From an uncultured Planctomycetia bacterium (GTDB taxonomy: Bacteria > Omnitrophota > Gorgyraeia > 2-02-FULL-51-18 > JAGOUK01): a DNA stretch of 64,000 nt. Position numbers and translations under genes: made by a program. The DNA lies in the NCBI GenBank assembly GCA_964430735.1, contig CAYSFB010000008.1, positions 12,870 to 76,869 of the forward strand. Reading direction: 5' to 3'. How positions within the stretch are numbered: the first letter of the stretch is position 1; each line of letters starts with the position of its first letter. This document shows, in pieces, positions 32,442 through 43,200 of the stretch. A model generated the notes under the pieces. That model worked only from the letters and a program-made list of their open reading frames with translations. It ran no database searches and was not told the origin of the DNA.

Positions 32442-32693
32442 ATGCCTAAATGCGTCAAATGCGACGACAGCTTCAGCCGCGACGAGGGCGAGTACAACGA
32501 GGACAAGGAATTCGTGTGCGCGACCTGCGCGGACGAGCATGGCCTTCTGGACGACCCGGACGACGATGATGATGATTTGGACGACGATGAGTTGGATACG
32601 ACCGTGAAGGCGTGCCCCAGCTGCAAGGAAAAGTCCGAAGACTACGCCGAGTCCGGCATCTGCCCTGAGTGCGGCTTCGAAAAGGACGAATAA
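32442..32693 (+). CDS. Small acidic zinc-ribbon protein with two CxxC pairs
   Basis: 'MPKCVKCDD...CATCADEHG...DDPDDDDDDLDDDELD...CPSCKEKSEDYAESGICPECGFEKDE'. It is followed by a palindromic element and a canonical terminator. Confidence 0.45.
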   Translation: MPKCVKCDDSFSRDEGEYNEDKEFVCATCADEHGLLDDPDDDDDDLDDDELDTTVKACPSCKEKSEDYAESGICPECGFEKDE

Positions 32694-32707
32694 CCCGATA
32701 GAATTTA

Positions 32708-32773
32708 ATTAGGGACACGTACTATTTATTCAAGGACCGTCAGGTCCGAAGAATAAATAGTACGTGTCCCTAA
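32708..32773. repeat. Inverted-repeat pair of the AT-rich element. The arms are about 22 nt, separated by a 20-nt spacer that itself contains a short palindrome.
   Basis: TTAGGGACACGTACTATTTATTC-aaggaccgtcaggtccgaa-GAATAAATAGTACGTGTCCCTAA. The core is identical to the copies at 2928-2986 and 31751-31773. Confidence 0.65.
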
Positions 32774-32785
32774 ATATTCTTAAAA

Positions 32786-32814
32786 CCCAGGTTTGACCTG
32801 GGTTTGTTTTTTTT
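32786..32814 (+). terminator. Rho-independent terminator
   Basis: Stem CCCAGGT, loop ttga, stem ACCTGGG, followed by TTTGTTTTTTTT. Confidence 0.7.
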
Positions 32815-32828
32815 AGAAAAAGCTTTTT

Positions 32829-34763
32829 ATGAAGGCAGAAGACAAAAAATACTTTTTGCATCTCAAAGACCTGGTGAAGCTCGAGGAAGCCGGGGAGAAC
32901 GAGGAGATCCGGAGGGAATTCCTCAATCTCTCGCCGGAAGACCGTGAGCTCCGGGGCAAGTCGCTCCTGTCGCTGTCGATCTCAAGCCGGTCGTTCAGCC
33001 CGGCGGAGCACGTGCTCGTGACGTTCAGCCGCGAAGGCGACCGGCCGCTGCCGATCTTCACGCTCGAAGAAGGGGATCTCGTCACGCTCGTGCCGCGCCG
33101 CGAGCAGATCCGCGAATGTCCGTCCGGCACCGTGTACGAGAAGGCCGCCGATTCGATCACCGTCGCGTTCCACCACCCGCTCCCCGAGAGCTTCGACGAG
33201 GTGAAGCGTTTTGATCTCCACAAATCCGCCAACGCCGTCGCGTACCGCCGGATGCTCGAAGCGCTCGACGCGGTGATCCAGACCCAGGCGCGGGTTCTCT
33301 CGCGCTTGCGCGACATTTCGCTCAAGGAAGCGGAGCCGGCGCAGGATCCGGTCGGAGCCGGCTCGTCGCTGGTCTGGTTCGACCCGGGCCTCAACGCCTC
33401 CCAAAAAGAAGCCGTCCGCAAATGCCTCGACGCGCGGGAGCTCGCGCTCGTCCACGGCCCTCCCGGCACCGGCAAGACCACCGTTCTCGTCGAGCTCGTG
33501 CGCCAGGCGGCGCTCCGCAAACAGAGCGTCTTCGTCACCGCGCCGTCCAACACCGCCTGCGACAACGTCCTCGAGCGTTTGGTCGCGGCCGGCGTCAACG
33601 CCGTGCGGATGGGTCACCCCGCGCGCATTTCTGCCGGGCTGCGCGACCACACGCTCGACTTCAAGCTCGCGCTGCACCCGATGTCCAAACTCGCCTCCGA
33701 CATCCAGATGGAACTCGACCGGCTCTACAAACGCCAGGAGCGTTACCGCGACCGGCGCAGCCCGGGCTTCGACCGCGAACGCGAGCTCCGGACCGAAATC
33801 GACACGTTCAAGGCCCAGCTCCGCGCCGTGCGCAAGGAGATCTTCAACCGTGTCCTCCAGACGGCGGACGTCTTCATCGGCACGCCGACCAGCATCGGCG
33901 ACCGGTCGATCCGCGAAAAGACCTTTGACCTCCTCGTCTTCGACGAAGCCACGCAGGCGACAGAACCCTTGAGCTGGATGCCGATCGCGCGGGCGAACAA
34001 GCTCGTCATGGCCGGCGACCACTTCCAGCTGCCGCCGACGGTCCGTTCCAAAGAGGCCGAAGCCCGCGGTCTGGGCGTGACGCTGTTCGAACGCTACTTC
34101 GACATCCTGGGCCCCGACTACAAGCAGCTCATCGAGCGCCAATACCGCATGCACGAGCACATCATGGGCTTCTCATCGAAGATGTTTTACGAGGGCAAGC
34201 TCGTCGCCGACGAGTCCGTGAAGACCAAAGTGCTCGCCGACCTGCCGGGCGTGGCCCGGGTCCCCGAGACCGAGGCGCCGCTCCTCTTCTTGGATACCGC
34301 CGGGAAGGGGTATGAAGAAAAACTGGAGGAAGGGAGCCAAAGCCGTTACAATCCTGAGGAAGCGGAACTCGTTCTGGGGGAGCTGAAGCGCTATTTGGCG
34401 CTCGGAGTGCCTCCGGAGGAGATCGCGGTCATCAGCGCGTACAGCGCGCAGGTCCGTCTGCTCGTATCCAAGAGCCCCCATCCCCAGGTCGAAATCGACA
34501 GCGTGGACGGTTTTCAGGGACGCGAAAAGGAACTCGTGATCGTCACGCTCGTCCGCTCCAACATGGACGGCGAGATGGGCTTTTTGGCCGACACGCGCCG
34601 CATGAACGTCGCGATGACCCGCGCGCGCAAGCGCCTGATCGTGATCGGCGACGGCGCGACGCTGACGACCCTGGACTTTTATAAAAAATTCATCGAATAC
34701 GCCGAATCGGTCGGCGGTTACCGGAGCATTTGGGAATATGAAAACCCTTCTTCAGATCAGTAA
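32829..34763 (+). CDS. Superfamily-1 helicase of the Upf1/DNA2-like AAA_11/AAA_12 type
   Basis: Walker A 'VHGPPGTGKTTVLVELV', motif II 'LLVFDEATQATEP', 'SVDGFQGREKELVIVTLVRSN', and motif VI 'VAMTRARKRLIVIGD'. Confidence 0.75.
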   Translation: MKAEDKKYFLHLKDLVKLEEAGENEEIRREFLNLSPEDRELRGKSLLSLSISSRSFSPAEHVLVTFSREGDRPLPIFTLEEGDLVTLVPRREQIRECPSGTVYEKAADSITVAFHHPLPESFDEVKRFDLHKSANAVAYRRMLEALDAVIQTQARVLSRLRDISLKEAEPAQDPVGAGSSLVWFDPGLNASQKEAVRKCLDARELALVHGPPGTGKTTVLVELVRQAALRKQSVFVTAPSNTACDNVLERLVAAGVNAVRMGHPARISAGLRDHTLDFKLALHPMSKLASDIQMELDRLYKRQERYRDRRSPGFDRERELRTEIDTFKAQLRAVRKEIFNRVLQTADVFIGTPTSIGDRSIREKTFDLLVFDEATQATEPLSWMPIARANKLVMAGDHFQLPPTVRSKEAEARGLGVTLFERYFDILGPDYKQLIERQYRMHEHIMGFSSKMFYEGKLVADESVKTKVLADLPGVARVPETEAPLLFLDTAGKGYEEKLEEGSQSRYNPEEAELVLGELKRYLALGVPPEEIAVISAYSAQVRLLVSKSPHPQVEIDSVDGFQGREKELVIVTLVRSNMDGEMGFLADTRRMNVAMTRARKRLIVIGDGATLTTLDFYKKFIEYAESVGGYRSIWEYENPSSDQ

Positions 34764-36606
34764 GCTCAACAAGCGTTACGGCGGCAAGATCATCTTTGAC
34801 GACGCGAGCGTCACGATTTGCGACGAGCACAAGATCGGCGTCATCGGCCGCAACGGCGCGGGCAAGTCCACGCTGTGCCGCATCCTGACCAAGGAAGAGG
34901 AGGCGGAGTCCGCCCTGATCGAGCCGTCCGCGGAACTCAGGCTCGCGTACCTCGAGCAGCACGACGCGTTCAAGCTCGACGAAACCGTCATCGGCTTCCT
35001 GCAGCGCTATACCGGCCGCGAGGAATGGGAATGCGGCAAGATCGCCGGTCAGTTCGCGCTCAAGGGCGCGCTGCTCGAAAAGCCCATCGGCGAGCTCTCC
35101 GGCGGATACCGCACCCGCGTCAAACTCACGGCCATGCTCCTGCGTGAACCGAACTTTTTGATCCTGGACGAACCGACCAACTACCTCGATCTGCGCACGC
35201 TTATTCTGCTCGAGCACTTCCTCCAGGAATACGAAGGCGCGTTCATGATCGTTTCCCACGACCGGGAATTCCTCGCGCGCACCTGCGACTACACGCTCGA
35301 AGTCGAAGGCGGCGGCATGACGCTCTATCCCGGCAGCGTTCAGAACTACCTCGTCTTCAAGGAAGAGCAGAAGCAGCAAGCCATCGCCTACAACAAGGGC
35401 GTCGTGGCCAAGCAGAAGCAGCTGCAGGCCTTCGTCGACCGCTTCGGCGCCAAGGCGTCCAAAGCCACTCAAGCCAAATCCAAGATGAAGCAGATCGAGC
35501 GCTTAAAGACCATCGAAGTCGGCCATCAGCTCGGCAACGTCAAGATCCGCATCCCCGAGCCGCCCGAACGCAAGGGCCTGGCGCTGCGGATCGAGAACCT
35601 GTCGATCGGCTATCCCGACAAGACCATCGCCAAGAAGATCACGATGGACATCGAGCAGGGCGCGCATGTGGCCGTGCTCGGCGACAACGGTCAGGGCAAG
35701 ACGACGTTCCTGAGAACGATTTCTGAGGACCTCCCGATGCTGGCGGGCGACTTCCGGTGGGGTAACGGCCTTCAAGTGGCGACGTACGCCCAGCACGTTT
35801 ACGCGTCCATCAATCCGAACACCACCGTTTACGAGTACATGAGCCAAAAGGCCGCGCCGGAAGTGACGCGTCAGGAAATCCTGAACATCGCCGGCAGCTT
35901 CCTGTTCAAGGGGGACGAGGTCGAGAAGAAGATCGGAGTTTTGTCAGGCGGCGAACGCGCCCGCGCGTGTCTGGCCGGCATGCTTTTGTCCAAAGCCAAC
36001 GTGCTGCTCCTCGACGAACCGACCAACCACTTGGACTTCGAGACCGTCGAAGCGCTCGGCAACGCGCTGCACCGGTTCAAGGGCACCGTGTTTTTCGTGT
36101 CCCACGACCGGACGTTCGTGAACCTCGTCGCGTCCGAGATCATCGAAGTGAACAACGGCCAAGTCATGCGCTATCCCGGAACTTACGAAGAGTACGTGTA
36201 CTATCTCGAGAAAAAAGCCGACGAAGAAGGCGCCGAAGCCGTGATCCCGTCGATCGCCGGTATTTCCGGGGGAAAAGCGGCCCCGCACGGAGCGGCCAAG
36301 CCGGCGGAAAAACCGTCCGGCCCCAAGCTCACCGGCAAGGCGCTCTACGAGGCCAAAAAGGAGCTCGAGTCCGAAAAGCGCAAAGCCCAGACCCGCGTGA
36401 AAAAGAGCGAAGAGGCGATCGCCCTGCTCAAAAAAGAATTCGAAGAAGCCGACAAGACCCTTTTGTCCGACGCCGCCAACTGGTCCCAGGAGCTGTACAC
36501 GAAGCACGCCTCGCTCCAGCGGAAGATCCAGGAAGAAGAGGCGGCCATGGCCGGCCTTCTCGAAAAAGTGGCCGAAGTCGACCAAAAACTCCAGAATCTC
36601 CGCTAG
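34738..36606 (+). CDS. ABC-F family ATPase with a duplicated ABC cassette and no TMD; a translation-factor-like EttA/Uup/YheS-type protein
   Basis: Two cassettes, each with a Walker A ('GRNGAGKST', 'GDNGQGKTT'), a signature motif ('LSGGYRTRVKL', 'LSGGERARACL') and a Walker B ('LILDEPTNYLD', 'LLLDEPTNHLD'), plus a C-terminal coiled-coil. The gene overlaps the helicase by 26 nt. Confidence 0.85.
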   Translation: MKTLLQISKLNKRYGGKIIFDDASVTICDEHKIGVIGRNGAGKSTLCRILTKEEEAESALIEPSAELRLAYLEQHDAFKLDETVIGFLQRYTGREEWECGKIAGQFALKGALLEKPIGELSGGYRTRVKLTAMLLREPNFLILDEPTNYLDLRTLILLEHFLQEYEGAFMIVSHDREFLARTCDYTLEVEGGGMTLYPGSVQNYLVFKEEQKQQAIAYNKGVVAKQKQLQAFVDRFGAKASKATQAKSKMKQIERLKTIEVGHQLGNVKIRIPEPPERKGLALRIENLSIGYPDKTIAKKITMDIEQGAHVAVLGDNGQGKTTFLRTISEDLPMLAGDFRWGNGLQVATYAQHVYASINPNTTVYEYMSQKAAPEVTRQEILNIAGSFLFKGDEVEKKIGVLSGGERARACLAGMLLSKANVLLLDEPTNHLDFETVEALGNALHRFKGTVFFVSHDRTFVNLVASEIIEVNNGQVMRYPGTYEEYVYYLEKKADEEGAEAVIPSIAGISGGKAAPHGAAKPAEKPSGPKLTGKALYEAKKELESEKRKAQTRVKKSEEAIALLKKEFEEADKTLLSDAANWSQELYTKHASLQRKIQEEEAAMAGLLEKVAEVDQKLQNLR

Positions 36607-36695
36607 GTTTCGCCTCCGCTCCGACTAAACCTCCGCGTTGTCTGCGCGTCTAAAGTGCAGAAGTTCGAAAAACAACGTTTGAACAGGAGGCCGTC

Positions 36696-37136
36696 ATGGA
36701 TATTCTCAAACATCAACCCAAAACCCTCGCCCTTTTTGCGGCTTTTCTGACGGCTGTGACGCTGTCAGCCCCGCTTGCCTACGCGGAAGAATCTGCTGCG
36801 ACCGACGCCGTTCAGGCGTTGACCGATGCGATTACGGATGCGACCTCGGACTCATCGGATGAGACTCCGGAGTTCTCAAACCGCAAGGAACGCCGCGCGT
36901 ATTTTGAGAAGCTTCGAGCGGAAGACCCGGACAAATTCAGAGAAGTCATGAAGGCCAAGCGTGAACGCTGGGCAGAGAAGCATCCCGAAGCCGCCGAGCG
37001 CTTCAAGGACGGCAAGTATTACAGGCATCCTGGCGATGCCCGCGGTCCGCGCGGAGATCGCTGGGATGTGAACCTTGGTCCGGATCGTGGCCGTCCCGGT
37101 TTGCACCATCGCAAGCATCACCAAGACCGATACTAA
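36696..37136 (+). CDS. Secreted hypothetical protein
   Basis: Signal peptide 'MDILKHQPKTLALFAAFLTAVTLSAPLAYA'. AGGAGG lies 7 nt upstream of the ATG. The rest of the protein is charged/basic and low-complexity. Confidence 0.5.
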   Translation: MDILKHQPKTLALFAAFLTAVTLSAPLAYAEESAATDAVQALTDAITDATSDSSDETPEFSNRKERRAYFEKLRAEDPDKFREVMKAKRERWAEKHPEAAERFKDGKYYRHPGDARGPRGDRWDVNLGPDRGRPGLHHRKHHQDRY

Positions 37137-37166
37137 GTAATTATCTGACAATAGGTTACGATGCAT

Positions 37167-37197
37167 GGGGGCCGGACAACCGGCCCCCATTTTTTTG
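37167..37197 (+). terminator. Rho-independent terminator
   Basis: GGGGGCCGG-acaa-CCGGCCCCC followed by aTTTTTTT. Confidence 0.65.
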
Positions 37198-37245
37198 CTA
37201 CGTCAGCTTGAATTTGACACGTCATGAAGCCATACTTGATAACGT

Positions 37246-40200
37246 ATGGTTATTATTAATAAGAATTGCATAGGTATTTTTTTACGCCGTCTTATATCTA
37301 TAAGTCTATGTCTTAGTTTTGGGGCGATGGAATTGGCGTGGGCGGGGCCGGATGTTTTTTCGGCCGGTTCTGCCGTGCCGATCCGGAGCGACTCGGCCGC
37401 CAAGCCTTTTTCCGTCACGATTCCGACCGATATTTCCCGGCTCCAAGTTCCGCTGGAGCACACGACGCTCAAAGAATTCCATCAGGGTACAAATGGCAAG
37501 CTCATCATCCACATCCAGGACGCGCACTCGAACTTGAGCGGTCAAAAAAGTTTGGCCGGAGCGCTCGACGAGATGATGACCCGATATGGGGTGGAGCTCG
37601 TGCTGGTCGAAGGCAGCTCGACCGACGTCACGCTCGATCCGCTCAAGAAGATCGGCACGCGCGACCAGTGGAAGCGCGCGGCGAACCGGCTGCTTTACGA
37701 GGGTTTGATCTCCGGCGAAGAATTCCTGAACCTGACGACCGACCATCCCATGAAGCTCATCGGGATCGAGTCTCAGGAACTTTATGACGAGAGTCTCGAG
37801 ACCTACGCGGAGTTGGTGAAGTCGCGCCAGAAGACGCTCAATTATTTGCGCCGGATCCGGCTTGCGCTGGATCGTGTGAAGAACAAGCTGTACCCGTCGG
37901 AGTTGCTTGCGTTTGAGTCAGCCTGGTCGGCGGACCAAGACGACTTCAATCTGCGCGTCGGAAAATTGCTGGAGCTGGCCGATCGGGCCGGCGTCACGCT
38001 GGGTACAGACTTCGCCGAGATCGCGAAGCTCAAGGGCTTGCGCGCGCGAGAGAAGCAGATCGACTTCGACGCGGCCAACCGCGATCAGGAGCGGCTCATG
38101 ACTCTGGCGTTTCAGGGCAAGGACGAAGCCGCGCGCAAAGCGCTTGCCGATGCGGGTCGCCGGGCACGGACCCAGCCGGTGGCAATGGGGGCTTTTCTGC
38201 GCGCGCTCTGGAGCGAGGCGGAAGGGAGGGGCGCGGTGCGCGAGAGCTTCCCCGTGATCCTCGCATACGCGGAATACCTCGACGCGTTCGGCATGCTCAA
38301 GATGGAGGATCTGCTCGGACAGCTCGACCTGCTCGAAGACACCGTTTACAAGACGCTCTTGGCGGACAGCGAAGACGCCCGGATGACCCGCGCCTGCGAC
38401 CGCTTCCTCGGGCTGCTCCAGAAGGCTTACCAGATCAAAATGTCCTCGACCGAATTCGCGATGCTGCAGCTGAACGAAAAAGACTTTTCGACGAAGCTCA
38501 TTCTCGGATTCTTGAACCGCAAGCTTCTGGACCTGGGATTCACAGAGGATCTAACCCCGTACCAAACCCCGATCGAAGACGCCCGCGCGTCGCTCGAAAA
38601 GTTCTACGAGCTGGTCGACCGCCGTGACCTGGCGTTTATGGAAAAAAGCGCACAGGCGTTTACCGGCCAGCAGGCCGACGCCGCCTTCTTCATCGCCGGC
38701 GGATATCACACCGGCCACTTGACCCGGCTGTGGCGCGGTGCCGGCTATTCCTACGCGGTGCTGACGCCGGCGGTGACGTATGAGACGGATCAGGATCAGT
38801 ACGAGAACCTGCTGCTCGCTCCGCTCAAGCTTGCCCGCAAGCGCATCCAAAAACCCTCCCATGAGTCAGAAGAGCTGATCCAGATCGCCAAAGACCTTGC
38901 CCCGGAAAAAGCAGCCGACGGGTTGCGCAAAATGGATGCCCTCGCGACAGCTGAATCGAATGGAGCCCGGTTTGCAAAATCACTCACCGTCAGTTTTTCG
39001 CCGATTCAGGCGGCGGCAGTTACGGCTCAGGCGGCGCGGTTGGCGTCTCAGTCTAAATTCGAAGCATCTGTTGATCCTGAAGGGGATGGAGGCTGGAAAA
39101 ATCTTGGCAAAACGGTCGGATATATGCGGGATGTCCTGAATTCCGGTCAGTCCGACTTGGATTATGCGTCGATTTTAAGCGGAGACCAAAACGTCACCCG
39201 GGATGCGGCCGAGGTCGAACTCCGAACTTATATTCATAACCAGGCGTCGCTGCAAGATCAGGCATTGATCGAGCTGATCGCGAACGGTCAGGACGCGTCC
39301 GCCGCCGGACCAACAATCGGCCGATTCGGCCTGGGCATGTATCAGATGTTTCAGGAACTCAAGACGCCTGACGATAGGATTGTCGTGACGACGTCCGACG
39401 GGACTTCGGCGACGCGGATGGAATTCAGGCTGACCAACGGGGCTATTGAGTACAAGGCCTCGAACCTGGGAGGCGGGTTGCCGAAAGGCACCCGCGTGGA
39501 TGTCCGGCGGAACCTCGCACCCGAAGAGATAAAATCAAAAATCGGCATTATTGAGAAAAAACTGGCGACCAATTCGCGCGGTGCCGTCAGACTGCGAAAT
39601 AAGGACCGGGACGCGGAAGTCACCGTAAATCAGATCGACGGCTACCGATATCTGAACGGCGACGCCGTGTCGGCGGACATCATCCCTCCAGTTGATGTGG
39701 AAATCGGCTCTGAAGGGTATTCGATCATCGATCGCGGACGCGGCATGAGCCCGAAGACGATCATGACGAAGTATCTGATGCCGAAAGGAACCACCAAGAA
39801 CATCACCGGTCAGGAGTCTGAATCTTCTGAGGAAGTTCGCAGCGAGACCAAAATATTTTATCGGATGGAAGGGGACCGGGAGAATGACGAAGCGGTCATC
39901 AGGATCCAAGTGAGCGGCGTTTTGATCCAGGAGTTCAAGGCGCGGGGCCTGAATCTTCCTGCGGTGACCGTTTTGGAGCTCCCTCATGCGGTCTGGCTTC
40001 CAGAGTCCCGCGACCGGGTGGCGTTGGATCAAACGACCATTCGGGGTCTGATGGATCTTGTGGACAAATTGCTGGCACCCGAGAGAGAGGGTTTGGACGC
40101 CCGGTTCGCGCTGATCAACGCGATCGGCGCGTTGGCCAAAAAAATGTCCGATGAGACGAACGGCAAGGACACCCGCCTGATCCACGAGCTCAAGCAAAGG

Positions 40201-43200
40201 GTCTCCGCTGCAGTCAAAAGAGAAGAGCAAAACGGGGCCGTTTTTGTTCCTAATAGGATGGAGTTTTCCGCCGTCAGGACGAAGAGCGGCCGGATCGTTT
40301 ATCTGGACGAGAAGCTGTTTTACTTTAGCCCCCAGGGGATGAAGGGAGCGGAGCTTATCAACAAGTTTGAATCCAGATCCAATAATCGGCTTTATCTTGT
40401 GGATTTGGACTCTTCCGAAGGAGCTCCCGCTTACTTGGCGGGACGCGCGGGCATCGGCTCCGGCTGGATCTTGATGAATCGGGAACTCTACGATAAACAC
40501 AAAGATGATCCGGCCTTCATCGATGCTCTGCTGAATCTGAAGATTGACTATGGCAACCCGGGAGTCCAGCTGGGCAGGCTGATCGTTCAATCGGATGTGA
40601 GCGCGGCCCGGCAGGAGGAGGCGAATTGGGCGGCATCGTCTCAGTTTGAGCTTCCCCGCGGATTCTGGGGCTGGTGGAAGGCCTGTTTGAGTCTGCCCTT
40701 GGGTTTGATTGATTCTCTCACGGCAATCGCGGCGGTCGTTCAAGGTATGTTGACCGGCAAACGCCGTGATTCGGCAGCATCGAATGACGACGATGTGCTC
40801 GCCTCCATCATCAACCAACCCAAAGCGCTTATCGGTAAATGGAGCGAGGCACCCTATCAAAAAACCCATACGCGCTATTTAGTGCAGCATGCGGGCAATA
40901 TGATCAGCACGGGCACGATGACACACGAGAACGAGCACGAGTACATGGCTATGTCCGATCGGCTGATGTCCGCAGCCGACCGGCTGCGGACGGCGATTCC
41001 TGGGATTGATATCGGAGCCTCAGCCGCGGAGTGGCTCGACCAAAGCTATTGGCTCATGGACGCATCGATCGACGGAACGGACAGCGCCGAAATTTTAAGA
41101 ACCCACAAAGACCATCTGTATTTTTTAAGAGGGGATGACGTATACCGGATGGACTCCTCCGGATTTGTGGAGCGGGTCATCGAGGGACCTCAGACCTTTG
41201 CCGGAGATCATGACGGTTATCTATATTTTAATAAGAAAGACGGTGTTTACCGTACCGGTTCGTCAGGCGACGCCGAGCTTGTGATGGAAGGGGCTGAGGT
41301 TTTTATCCGAGGGGGAATGGCTGTGGCGGTCAAGAATCCAACGACTTCGCAGGAACAACCCGTTTTATACACACTCCGGAAGGGAAAGGCCGTTCAGCTC
41401 GATGAGCATGTCGAAAAGATATGGCCGGGCGGTGATGCGTCCGGTTCCATGGCTTACGCGACGCGCCATAACGGCGTTACCACCTTAAAGGTCATTGATG
41501 GGAACGGTGCGGTAACGTCCCGTGTGCTGACGCCGTCTGCCTGGGAGGCCATCCAGAAGTCGAACTATATATATGAATTTGATTTTACGGCTGCTCTTCA
41601 GACTAGCCTCGGTTACAGGCCAAAAAAATATCTCAAGAGGGGCGATCATACGGTGCTGGTCGAAAACGGAAGGATCATATTCTATCAACATGGGTCAAAG
41701 AGAGCTTACAAGCCCCAAGTATTCGAAGTGCTCGGCGACGGGAGCGTTGTGGAGTATCCGGTGGACCAGGAGGAGCAGATCAGTCGTGTTATGACTGGGC
41801 CTGACGGTGCATTATATGTTGTTGTGCACAATGTCTGGCAGGGGATGTTGGAAGGGTTTTTTAGAAGAGACTTATCTGGGTTGGGCGGGATGAGGAGGGA
41901 GGTTATAGGTGAGGAATCGAGCAAGATCTATAAGCATAAAATGGGCGAGGTGACGCTTGTATCGGAGGGTAATATCACCGAACTTCAGCGCAGCAATGGC
42001 GGTATTTATTACAAGAGTTCGGGTGAATGGAAACGGGTTGACGAGAACGGAAAAGAAATCGACTTGCTCAACTCTTCGATCAGCGAAAGGATCAGGCGGG
42101 AGTATGGTTCCGCTGTTGATGTTAAACAGGTCGGAGTGATTGGGGGCAACCTCATTCTTTTTAGACGAAGCGCTTCCGTGCAGGAGTTATCGGCCGTGCG
42201 GCCTGGTCAAAGGGTTCGTCCGGTGGCCGGCGACCTGTGGTGGATTTATGACATGGGCGCCGGTGAAGCGGCGCCGATGAACCAGCTTCTGACTGATGTG
42301 ATACAGGTCGAAGGCGGGATTGTTGCAGTCAGAAAGTCCGCTCAAGATCCCATGAATGAACCCCTGAGCTCAAGTCTCGTTTATATTCGGCAGGGGAGCG
42401 ATGGGATGCTGCAGGAAGAGGTTTTGATCGATGGGGCGGAAGACATAAGGATGGAGCTTGATGGAAATGAGCTGCACGTCGTCAACCAGCCCAAAAATCA
42501 ATACGCCTCTTATGAGAAGTACTCTTTAAAAGACAATCAAGCACGAGTCGTTGAAACGCACAAAATCAGGGGAAGGCTTGCTCCTGACAGCTATTTAACA
42601 TACGACAAGCAGAATGAAAAACTGGAAGTAAGGTCTGAAGAATATTCCCTCACAAATCATCTGATCGACGTTCACAGCGGCAGTGTGGTCGATATCACTC
42701 TAGGGAGGGACATTAACAACTCGGCATCCCGGACGGTCTTTATCGGCGGAGCGAGTGTCCATTTATCCGCGAAGGCTGATAGGCCTATCGCCGTTGAGAT
42801 AACCCTGCCGTTCATGCTTCGTCGATCGGAGACCTTTTCAAACAGCGCGGAACGTTTGATCGGGGCTTATTCATCGTTCAGCCGGTTTATCGACGAGGCG
42901 TCGAAAGAGGAATACGGCAACCTTCTGCATTCGCTTTGGCTCGCGGAGGGAGGGTCTCCCGTGAACATGTTCTTAAGCATGGAGCAGCAGGCGTTGTGCG
43001 CGCCCTTTATGACCGAGGAGGTTGTGAGTGTTCTGGAGGGTTATCTGTCGGAGGCCGCGAGCATGAAAAGCGCCCGCGAGATTTTTTCGGAGCTCATCCT
43101 GCCGGTTTTGAATCTGTATCAGGCGTCCGCCCGCCGGCCGGAGGAGATCCGTGAAGGGCTCTTAAAACTGCTCCGCAACCTCAGACGCATGCAGACCTTG

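Noticed and set aside
2928-32773. Considered whether the repeated AT-rich palindromes form a CRISPR array or an IS element
   Set aside because: There are only three loci, tens of kb apart, with no regular repeat-spacer periodicity, no cas genes and no transposase ORF nearby.
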